A DNA stretch of 64,000 nucleotides. It comes from Phyllobates terribilis. Taxonomy: Eukaryota. The stretch lies in the NCBI RefSeq assembly GCF_046119375.1, contig NW_027362764.1, forward strand, positions 57,412,001 through 57,476,000, read 5' to 3'. The translations under genes and the position numbers were made by a program. The notes beneath the pieces were generated by a model. The model searched no databases. It saw nothing but the letters and a program-made list of their open reading frames with translations, and was not told the origin of the DNA. This document shows positions 35,401 to 47,400 of the stretch, in pieces (the first letter of the stretch is position 1; each line of letters starts with the position of its first letter).

Positions 35401-38400
35401 TTTCACCTGCTCTTTCAGCGTTTCAATCTCTTCTAAATACAGCAAAATTTCCAAGTCTCTCTCTTTAATAACGTTTTGCACTTCCTGTAACTGATCCTCC
35501 ATGGTGTCTATTGTGATCTGCATGGTCTCCTGTACGGAGGTGAGCAAAACTTGGTTGGCCAAGTGCTGTGCGGTCTGGTCTCTCACAGCTTCCTCCACAT
35601 CACCATGGTCATACGTTTCATCTCCACTGGACTTGTCTTGCAAAGACTCTTGTCCGTCTACACTGTCCTCAGCCATTGGCAATTGTCGTGAGTCTTGCTT
35701 TACACTTAGTGAATTGGTCACAGTGGTATCACCATTCATCAGCAGTCTTGATGCCTTCTCCTCATCTCTAAAATGCTGTGCGTTACTGTCTGACTTTGCT
35801 TTAGAGGACATCTTTAGTTCAGCTTCAGCTAATTTTTGGTTGAGCGTTTCAATCACATCGTGTAGCTGCTCAATCTCCATTTTTTGCTTGTTTAACTGTT
35901 CCGACTCTGAATCCTTCTGTTCTATAACTTTCTGAAGTTCTTGCAACCGTGACTCTATGTCATGGGTACTAGTTTGTGTGGTCTCCTCTGTGGATGTCAC
36001 CATCACTTGCTTTTGCATCTGTATTTGTTCTTTATCCCTTTCGTGAAGCTCAACTTTAGAGGCTTTTTCAATCTTCCTTTCTGTATGTTCTTTATGCTCT
36101 TTTAGCCTTTCTAGTTCTTCCTTTAAAGCAGCCATTTCCATACGCTTCTCTTCAAGCTCTCCTCTTAAGTCACTTTTACCATCACACTCTTCCTGCAAGT
36201 GTTTGTGCTCTGTGATTTTTGGTTTATGGCTCATTTGACTTTCCGCATCCTTCCTTGTAGCACCATAATCCTTCTCTTCTTTTGATAAGTCTTTGATCAC
36301 CTTCTTCAGCTGTGCGATCTCTTGTGCTTGCAGGTTAAGCAGGTCTTCCTGATTCTCACATTGTAACAATTCTATATCCTTCAGATTTATGATGTTTTGA
36401 AGTTCTTCTATGTGCAACTCCATATCCTTTGTAGTGGTCTCCTCCATGGAGGGCGACACTTCCAGACGAGGTGCCTCCCTTTTGCTTAATTTTGGTTTTA
36501 GACCCATAACTTCACGTCCTTCAGAATTTCTAGACTCGGCCCGTTCGTTTTCATCCTCAGATCTTTGAAACAGTTTTAGTTTTGCCAATTCTTCTTCCAA
36601 CAATGCCATCTCTATTCTCGTTGTCTCCAGCTCAGCCTTTAATTGAATGACCTTAGCATCATCTTCACCAACTTTTTGCAGAGCAACTTCATTTTCTATA
36701 AGATCTTGGTGGTATGTCTGACTTAACCCATCTTTTGTTTTGATGTTTCTTATCTTTTTTAGCTCCTCTTTTAACAAAGCTATTTCCACTTTTGTCCTCT
36801 CAAATTCTTCCTTAAAGGCATTTCCACCATCTGAATTTTTCTCGTTGTCCTCACTTTCGGTGCTTCTTTTACTTTCTCTATCCTTTGTGGCGACTTCCGA
36901 ATCAATTAAAATCTTCTTTTCTTTCGAGAAGTCCTCCTGCACCTTCTTCAACCGCTCAATCTCGTTCTTCTGTTGGTCCAACAAGTCTTCCAGATTCGTA
37001 TACCGCAACAATTCTACATCTTTCTGATCTATAAGACTTTGAAGTTCTTGTATCTGTAACTCCATATTCTTCATTGCAGTGGTGGTCTCCTCTTTGGGTG
37101 TAAACATATCTGGAGAAGCTACAGAGGGATCTCTTGCCTTTTGGGACAAAGTTTGTTCTGGTTCAGCCAAGGTAGGACCTTCTATGCTTGTTTCAGATTC
37201 CTCGTTGTTCTCGATAGGCATTTGCAACAATTTGTGCTTGTCCAGCTCTTTTTCCAGTTGGGTCATCTCGATTCTAGTCTTCTCTAGCTCTGCTTTTATT
37301 CTAACCAGCTCACCCTCATCTTGGTCTACCCTCTGCAGAAGAACTTCAGAGTTTTCTATTAAAGTTTCACTTTGACCTTCCTTGATCTTCTTCTCTCCAT
37401 CTGCCAATCTCTGCTGTAAATCTCTGACCACATCATTTAGACGTTCAATTTCCTGATTTTCAAGCAGGGCTGAAGGGTGATTTGTGAATTGCAGGAGCTT
37501 TGTATCTTTCTCCTGGATGCTTGTCTGCAGATCTTGCACATGAATCTCAAGTCGATGTATTGCATCCTTGGAAGCCTCTTGCACAGATACAAGCAAGGCT
37601 TCGACTGCCAAATACTGAGCTGTTTTTGCTCGTAATTCCTCAGTTAATCTATCGATGTTGACTGTGGCATTTCTGTCCTGCCTCAGGAGATTTTCTGACG
37701 GCTCTTTGGTTCTAACCATGTCCTTGTTTGTAGGTGCCTCATCTGTATCACTTTCTTCAGTGTTTGGAGATAGAATGAGATTTTCAGGACAAAGCTGATG
37801 TCTAAAAGTTTCCATTTCTTTATATTCAAGTTCAAGCTGAAGCCTTTTGACTTCTTCTTTCAGGTCTTTCATTGCTAGGGTTTGTTCTTCCAGCATTATA
37901 ATTTGCTCATCCTTCATTTTAATAATGCCCATCAGTTCTTCCAACTTGGACTCCATATTCCGAAGAGTAACCTGAGCCTCCTCCGATAGAGTCTCAGATA
38001 ATTTATTCAACGGTATTGTGGACATCTCGTTCCTCTGTCCATTATTATTAGTGCTCTCATGCCTCTCCGCCATATTGTTCTCTGATGGTTTGCTTGCACT
38101 CACGTTCACATCTTCCATGACAGCAAACGGTGCATCTCCTTGACCAAATAATGGCTGTAACATTTCCTTCCCGGCAGCAGTGTCTTCAAATTGGTGTTTA
38201 TCAGCAAAGTCCATTGCAACTTTTTGCTCTATACGAGTCAACTCCTCTTGTAGTTTTTCTATCACTTCATTGAGCTTTTCTATCTCCTCTTCGTTGCTCT
38301 TCTTCAGTCGCTCCTGGTCACTTTTTAGGCATTTTATCTGACTTTTGTAAGCCTTCATTTTTTCATTATTCTCTTCAATCACCTGAAAGAGTAAAGATAA

Positions 38401-41400
38401 AAAAAATATACCAATGATTTTGTTTTTATTTCCAACACAAAAAAATATAACAACCGCTATAAGCAGGTCATGCCTACAAGACGGTGAGATGACTAAGCCT
38501 ATGAGCCCTGAAGTGCTTCAGAAAAAACATAGCTCTAAAGGATAATCTTAGAAATTAATCAAATAAACTATAGATATTATTGCTCTCAAATTCCTCTCAG
38601 TCTTCAGTATATTTTAAATTTTCCTGAAACAAAACAGTCTTGTATTAAACTTGCGGGGAATATAGGGGTTAAGTTCCTACTGTTCTACTGTTAGAGAGGG
38701 GCATGGCCAATAGGTGATTTTTTTCTACAGCAGACAGGGCAGAGGAGGGGAGACTTGCTGGAGCTAATTTTCTTACAACCAGATACAAGAAAGTGAGGAT
38801 GAGAGGGGTGGAGACAGCAAACAAAGGAGACTCCTGTTGAAGCTATTTTTCTTACAACCAGACACAAGAAGTGAGGAAGAGAGGGATGAAAGTGGCAGAC
38901 CGCTGTCTTACTATCAGATACTAGACAGTGTTGTCTCAATCCCTCTCCTCCTCAGACAGATGAGGCTCCAGCTGCATCCAGTAGACTTAGAGCAGGATAG
39001 ACAGTCAAGAGCAGAGGGTTGGGTGTGGAGGCTTCTGTTGCAGCCAGTTGTCTTACAGTCGGACACAAGACAGTGAGGTGCAGTGGGGTGGAGATATCAG
39101 ACAGAAAAGGCTCCAAGTAACTTACAGTCAGGTACAAGACACTGAGAAAGAGAGGTGTGGAGGTAGCAAAAAGAAGTGGCACCTACTGCAGCCAGTTGTC
39201 TAACAGTCAGACACAGAACAGTGAGATAAAGAGGTGCAGAGACAGCAGAGGCTCCTGCCTGCATCCAGTAGACTTACAGCCAGATACAAGACAGTGAAGA
39301 GCAGAGGGTTGGGTGTGGAGTGGCAGCTTCTGCTGCAGCCAGTTGTCTTACAGTCGTACACAACACAGGGAGGAGCAGTGGGGTGGAGATATCAGACAGA
39401 AGAGGCTCTGACTGCATCCAAGTGACTTACAATCAGACACAAGACATTGAGGAAGAGAGGTGTGGAGGTGGCAGATAGAGATGGCACCTGCTGTAGCCAG
39501 TTGTCTAACAGTCAGACACAGGACAGTGAGGAAAAGAGGTGCGGAGACAGCAGAAGCTACTGCTGCATCCAGCTAACTTAAAGCCGGATAAAAGGTATTG
39601 AGGAGCAGAGAAAGGTGTAGGTGGCAGATAAAGGGGACACCTGTTGCTGCCAGTTGTCTTAAAACCAGACAAAAGAGAGAGAAGTCTGGAAAGCTGATTT
39701 TCTGGGAAATCCATATAGACAATTCTTGTATATATTTCTCAGTTTAACATATTTTGCAGCATGAGGCAAAAAAGGGTAAAAAATGAGACTGCAAGATATA
39801 GAATAAATTCTATACTTTCTATGTTCAGTCTTCCTTTAGCATTTGCCCCCTACCAGTGTTATCTGTCTGACCTGGAAAGAAGTGTCAGCTGAGCAGCCCT
39901 CCCCACAACGATCAACAGATCTCATTTGTTAGCTGGGAGAGACCTGTCACTCATAGATTAGCAAACTGGAGAGCAGCCAAGCTGACACATCTCTACAAAA
40001 ATTATATAGCAGATAAGATTACTTCATATGTGTTTTCTAGGACATAGACATATTGAAGGACTGTCCTTAGATAGGCCATCGATATCAAGTCGGTGTGGGT
40101 CCGTAAAGACGTGTTGAATGACAACTAGTATATGATGGAATTGCAAAGAGCTGCATGGCCAATAGAAATTGGTAAACTAGAGTCTCGAGGACCCTTCAAT
40201 TAGCGGATTGGTGCAGATGCCAGGAGTCAAACCCCCATTGATCTGATAATGATAGTTTATCCAAGTATAGCTCTGCAATATTGTACTCCAGGAAAGCCCC
40301 TTTAAGGGCTCAACAACTAATCAGAAAAACCCAGCCTGTAAGCAGACAGCATGCTTTATTGGCATCAGGGACCCCCACACATGGGATGGGCGATGCTTTT
40401 TTTGCAGCAGTCTACAGATGATTACAAATATGGGAGATGGCACTAGCGGGACAATACCTTGTTATCTGTCGCAGCCTCCAGTTGTGCCTGCAGTTTTCCT
40501 ATCTGTTCGTTGAGCAGGTCGATTTCCTGGTCTTTCAATAGTAATAATTCCTCTGATTTTCCAGGTTTGGGAAGAAGAGGTTTAGAAGAGAAGGTTCCTG
40601 GATGTTCTTGCTGTGTGTTTTCAACTTCATCCTAAACACATAAAGTAGATGTTTAGACTTCAAACCCATACCCATCAAATGAAAGGGTCATTCACACAAT
40701 TAAAAATTGCAATTCGACCACTGGGACCTTCACTTGAAATGTGCTCTGAGAAAGACCGATGAGTAGCCACCACTCCAATCATCTCCTATGGAACTGCTGG
40801 ACACACCAGAGTACAGTGCTCAGCTTTTTCCAGCAGTCCCATAGACAATAAATTCAATGACATTCACCATGATTGACCTCCGCTCCATTAACTGGGTCTC
40901 TAACAGAGGTCCGTTCTCGGGATCACTGAGGTTCCCAGTGATCAGACCTTCACGATCTGAGAATTATCATCTATTCTGTACTTTTAATGATGGGAATAAC
41001 CCTTTAATAATGACTTTTACCTGCAAAATAATAAGAAACCCGTACACAATGCAGAATTATCTCACCTTTAGCACTTTATTCTCTTGCTCCAGTTCCTGCA
41101 GACGGGTTTCAGCCTCCTTCCTCTGGATCTCCAGCTGCATGTGGAGCTGCTGAACCTCCTCATTCTTATTCTCCAGCTCTTCCCTGAACTGTTCCAGCTG
41201 CTCCACCAGGTTTGTGATCTGCCGGACAAAAATGAAGGAATGTAAAGCTGTGATACAGGATTTCTGACAGTTAAGCCGACAGATCTTCAGGCCCGAAATA
41301 TCCTTATAACTGTGATTATCTAATGTGTATGGCTGAATACTGGTGGAGGTTGGAGCATCCTAATGTGCAAAGTGGCTTAATTCGGACGCGTCTGTTTCAA

Positions 41401-44400
41401 GTATACAAGTATTCCCAATAACTATTTTTGCCCTCATTCACTTGAATGGGAATAAGCTGCAATACCCAACACAACCAGCAGGCAAGAGTGGTGCAGTTTT
41501 GGAAATCTCAGACAACCTCTAAGGCTATGTTCACACATCATGAACAGAGTTCATTTTCTGCAGCAAAACCTGATCCCTTGCTGGAGGTTGTTAAGGATTT
41601 TTGTTGCTGTTTTCTTGCTTTTTTTTGGTGCGTTTTTTCAGCGTTTTTTCACTGTTCTTTTGTCTCTGTTGTGCATGTAAATAAAGTTCAGTGAAAAAAA
41701 AAATCTCATTCTGGTTTAGGCACAAAAAACGCTGAAAACTTGACACCTTCCAATGGGTGAAAAAACGCTGAAAAAAGTGACATGCTCTATTTTGCAAAAA
41801 AACCATGCAAAGCACAAAATCCCGAATAAAAAAAAACATGATGGGTGCATGAGATTTCTGGAATCTCAGACTTTGCTGGTACTGTTAAAACACAGCTGAA
41901 AATCTGCATAAAAAAACAAGCATCAAAAAATGCTGAAAAAAACACGATGTGTGAACATAGCCTAAGACTGCAATGCATCACAATATTATATGTGGATGTT
42001 ACATAAAAGACAATTAAAAGTGCTATTCAAGATTCGTCTCCTTTCTTACGGTCTATGGTTTGTGTCTGGTATTGCAGCTCAGCTGCACTTAAGTTAATGG
42101 AGCTTAATTTGCAGCACCAAACACAGCCTAAAATCCAAATGACTGCAGGGACAGGGGAAGCCGGGGAACATGTAACGTATTCATTTCACCTCCTTCTCCT
42201 TTCGGTCGGTTGCTTCTCTCTCCACCTGCAGCTGCGCTTCCAGCGGCATTTCTCCCTTTAGTCCGACGACAATGGAAGGTCTTCTTTCCACCTTAGAAAT
42301 AAAATCAGAAAGATGCTTTATGAATGGTTCAGAAGGTAATAAGAGGATACATGCTTCATCACAGACACTGTACCTGCCACTTCTGCCTATACAGCTACTT
42401 TAATATATTATTCAATTGGGGATAAACTATTTGGAGGAAAGTATTGAGACACGTGTCTAAATCAGTGAATTCAGGTTTGTCATTTAGTCCCATTGCCCCG
42501 GGTGTATAACATCTACCCCCATTGCCCCCGGTGTATAACATCTGCCCCCATTTCCCCCGGTGTATAACATCTGCCCCCATTGCCCCCGGTGTATAACATC
42601 TGCCCCCATTGCCCCCGGAGTATAACATTTGCCCCCATTGCCCTAGGAGTATAAAAACTGCCCCCATTGCCCCCGGTGTATAAAATCTGCCCCTATTGCC
42701 CCCGGTGTATAACATCTGCCCCCATTGCCCCCGGTGTATAAAATCTGCCCCTATTGCCCCCGGTGTATAACATCTGCTGCCATTGCCCCCGATGTATAAC
42801 ATCTGCCCCCATTGCCCCCGGTGTATAACATCTGCCCCCATTGCCCCCGGTGTATAACATCTGCCCCCATTGCCCCCGGTGTATAGCATCTGCCACCATT
42901 GCCCCCGGTGTATAGCATCTGCCACCATTGCCCCCGGTGTATAGCATCTGCCGCCATTGCCCCCGGTGTATAACATCTGCCGCCATTGCCCCCGGTGTAT
43001 AACATCTGCCGCCATTGCCCCCGGTGTATAACATCTGCCGCCATTGTCCACGGTCTATAATATCTGGCCCCTTGTATATAACCACCGGCCCCCCACATGC
43101 CGTCTGCCTTTTCTAACATGTGAGAGAACGGCCGGTGGTCCAGAGTTCACGGATACCCGAGTGGTCCTGTAATAGGAGCCACCGGGGTAACAAGTCTGTT
43201 CAGCCTAAATCTTCCCCATCACCTGTGAGTGATATTACTGAGAAGTGGAAGGAACTCAGCCACGAAGTGGAGACCCCGTAACGTTACAGAGCAGGGGGGC
43301 GAGTGCTGAGGAGCTTAGAGCAGAAAAGTCACCACCGCTCTCCTGACTCCATAACAGCAGAGTCCAGACCTCCTCTCGTATCAGCACAAACACTGCGCCC
43401 CCGCCGGGAGCTTCATGGCTGAGCAGCCGCATTGCAGCCTTACATCATCAAGCACAATGCCGAGCGTCAGATGGAGCAGTGTAAGGCCGCCACCATTGAA
43501 CTCTGGAGGAGACGTGTTCTGTGCAGAGACGGTTCGCACTTCTCTATCTGCGTCTGATGGAGGAGTCTGGGTTTGGTGATTCCAGAAGGACGTTACCTCC
43601 TGACTGCATTGTGCACGCTGTACAGATGGTGGAGGAGGATAATGCTGTGGGCTGTTATCAGGGAGCGGCCTCGGCCCCTTAGTTCCAGTGGTGGGAAATC
43701 TTAAAACTTCAGCACAAGACATTGTGGACAATTGTAGCTTCAGCTTTGTGGGAACAGTTTGGGGTTCGCCCTTTTCTGTTCCCCATGACTGTGCCCAGTG
43801 CACAAAGTCCATACAGACATGGGGGGAGAACATGAGCGGCCGCACAGAGCCCGGACCTCAGTACCATCCAACACCTATAAAGGAGATTGTGAGCCCGACC
43901 TCTTCCCAACATCAGGGTCTGACCCCACAAATGATCTTCTGGATGAAGGGGCAAAAATTCCCATAAACACTTCCAAAATCTTGTAGAAAGTCTTTCGAGA
44001 AGCTGTAGCTTTTGCCCTTGTAGTGTATATTGCACGTGGCGCATATGGGACAGAATCACGCAGTAGCGGGCTGCATGCTGCGGGCAGTATTACATGAAGT
44101 CTTACCTTCTGTAAGCCGTCAGTGCTGATTATCAGAGCCTGCTCCAGCTCCCGAATCCTGCACTCCAGCTTCTCGATCTCATCGTTCCTCTCTTGTACGT
44201 CTCGCTGCAGCTGCTCCTTGCACAGCAGAAGTTCGCTGCACTTGTCAGTCTTTTCTTTGAGGTTGCTTTCTAATTTTTCAACCTATCAATAACCCATATC
44301 AAGGAAAATATTAATTAAAAAAATAGTAATATAATAAAGCGCACTTTTTATTGCATTTCATCAATGCTTTCTTTATTTTGTGTATACAGTTTCTCTGTAG

Positions 44401-47400
44401 ATCTACGTATCTCTGTGGTTACAGACTACACACGTCCTTGTGTAGTCTGGTTCATCTGTCCCTTTTCTTTCTCATTTTGTTTCTTTTTGTAACATTATAA
44501 TACATTTTAGAATTGCAAAGTCAAAATAATATATAACGGTATATTAATGGGATATGTCACTGTTCTCTAAATTAGTGAGCTTCCAAAACCAGAGCGAGCG
44601 CTCATGTGTTTGAGAGAGTCGGGCGAAATATATCATCAATATATGATTGATGAACCAGCGTTCACCCATCCGATGTCTATGGTGTATGCGGCCCCTTAGC
44701 TCCAGTTCCCACGCAGCAGGTGTATTGTGAAGGCAGAACTGCAGTCTCTTCACTGTCAGAATCAGAGGGGGCTCCAGATGTCAGACCCTATTGATAACAA
44801 AGTGTAGCAGTATGTTATCACTTTAGAAGTTGAGGATACCCTTTTAAAAGAAATCTCAACAGAAAATTAACTAATAGAAAAAAAGGAAAACTCTACTCCT
44901 CCTCTCCTCTCAATGCTCAGGGACCTCTGCACAGGTCACTGAACATGCTCACGACACTTTCCCTTAGAAGACATAAGGATATCTTCAGCTGTTCACAGTT
45001 TAGAGTAAGACGGCTGCTCCCGTAATAAGGTATCATAGAAAGTAAAAACAGATAAGAAAAAAAAAGTTTTTTTTTTTTTTTTTTTTTTATCTCTGAAGAT
45101 AAGACTGGTAACCTTGAGATTGTTGATATTGTTCAATAATTTTGGTTCTCAAGTCCTCAGACAGTTCTCTTCTCCTCTTTCTGTTCTCCATGCTTAGTGT
45201 GGCACACGCAGACACACAATGCAAAGATTGAGGCAACTTCTCTTTTTATCTGGTTTCAGGTGTGATATTCATATTGTCCACACCTGTTACTTGCCACAGG
45301 TGAGTTTGAACGAACATCACATTCTTGAAACAAAGGTGTTTACCCACAATTTTGGAAAGGTGCCAACAATTTTGTCCAGCCCATTTTGGGAGTTTTGTGT
45401 GAAATTGTGTTCAATTTGTTGCCCTTTTTTTCCTCTCTGTTTGTTTGTGCTGTTCCAATACACACAGAGGAAATAAACATGTGTAATAGCAATAATTTTC
45501 TGGAACAATTTCAAGGGTGTCGTCACTTTTGGCCTTGACTGTATATCTTTCAATCTTTAAAATAAGGGGAGTCATTCCGGGTTGACAGGGTTTGGGGGAA
45601 AAAAAAAAAAAAAGTCTTGTTTTTCCAGGAACACCATCAAGCCTGTTTATGGGCAGCATTTTGCAATATACTTTGGATCGTGTATACAATTAACAATCGT
45701 CTTTCACCTTACAAGAGTGCCTAGTTCTTCTACACTGGTATAAGGATTTGGACCCTATTAGAGCACCTTTTGCTGGAGAGACGTATTTTACAGCAATTTG
45801 TCTATGGGCCTAGTCTGGTGTTGCAGGTTATACCTGGTTAAGACAATACTTCAAATCCATACATAGCACATCGATGTTAGATACATTTTCTAAATCCTGG
45901 ACAAACCCTTTAAAAAAAGCAGCCAATTACTGAGAATATAGTGGCGTGCCGCAGATAATTAACAATGTGACTTTTATGCCGGAAGTGTCAATCCTAGGCA
46001 AATTAGGCCAATTTCCAGTGACTCCTTTAGACTTTTTATAGCCACATGAGATGCAGTGAGCAACTAGTCCAGGATGATTATATACATAATTGCCTAAATT
46101 GGAATGTACCCATCATTGTATGTCCTAAGTAGTTTGGAACTTAAAGAGTTACTCCCATCTTAATAAAATTGAATTATCGGATAGAGCCTTTTAATACAAG
46201 CATTTTTACAATTTATGGCTTGTTAAAATTCTCCATCATTCTTGAGATATTAACACTTTTCATTTACAGTTTTGTTGCCTTGGAGACCGACCACCTTTCC
46301 TAAACAGCAGGACATGCGCAGTGCTTACTAGCCCTTTTTTATTCAGCTTGTAAGGACTGTTTTGAACCTGGCCGGGAACGCTAGAGCGTGCCGTGACCTC
46401 CTAATCCCGTCCAGCTTTAGTACAGTGCTTAAAAAGCTAGACGCCAGTGGCGGTCGGTCTCCTAGGCAACGAGCTGTAAACAAAAGAAAAGCGTTAATAT
46501 CTCAAGGACGACTGAAAATTGAAATAAGCAGCAAATTGCAAAAGTGCTTTATCTGACAATATCCACATCTATGAAAATGGGAATATCCCTTTAAAGGGTC
46601 AAGTAGAAATCTATCTACTTCTACGTTGCGTTTTTGTCGCGTTTTTTTGTGCGCAGTTTTGTCACAAAACCTGAAGGATTTCCTAGTACCAGCAAAGTGA
46701 AGTCTCATGCACACGTTGCTTATTTTTTTCCTTGCAGATTTGCAGCAGTTTTTTTGCTACACATTTCACCTAAACTAATAAGTGTGTGAAAATCAGCAAC
46801 AAAAACGCAAGTAAAAAATGTGACAAAAAAAGTTAAATATATTTTACGCAGTGTTTTTCCTGCCAACACATCAGGATTTGCAGCAGAATTTTCTGCATGT
46901 ATGGACACGGCCTTAGTTTTATCTATGGGCGGACGGGGGCTATAGTAACATTTCCTAGTGCAATGTCGGCGGGCCGGGGGGCTGACGCCTCCTACCTCGT
47001 TGCTCTGATTGTCAGTAATGGGTTGGTGTCTTTGTGGCATTTTCAGCTGCTGCTCTAGTTTCTGGATTTCTTGCTGAAATACATCTCTCTCGTGTTCCCG
47101 ATCGATCGCCTGTTCCTGCATCACAAAAAAAGAAGAAAAAACATGTATGAAGGTATATAAAGTCTCATGGAGCACATATAATAAATGAGGAGACATGATA
47201 AGCCATCACTTAATGATCGCTGGATGTTTGACCCCTGAGACACCCTTTTTACCTGCACAGCGCCACTGTGACTACCAGGCTGTAAAGGGAACTGCAGCTG
47301 GCCTCATTTACGTCTCTACGCAGAGGAAAAACTGTGAAGTGGACTCAATGCTGCGGTGGTCCCCGGGGCAGAGCTGACAGGAGGAGCGTAGCTTCTAATA

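Noticed and set aside
42395-43119. Gly-rich repetitive ORFs (YTGGNGGRCYTPGAM...)
   Set aside because: The 30-bp minisatellite is open in all three minus-strand frames and has no splice or phase support.
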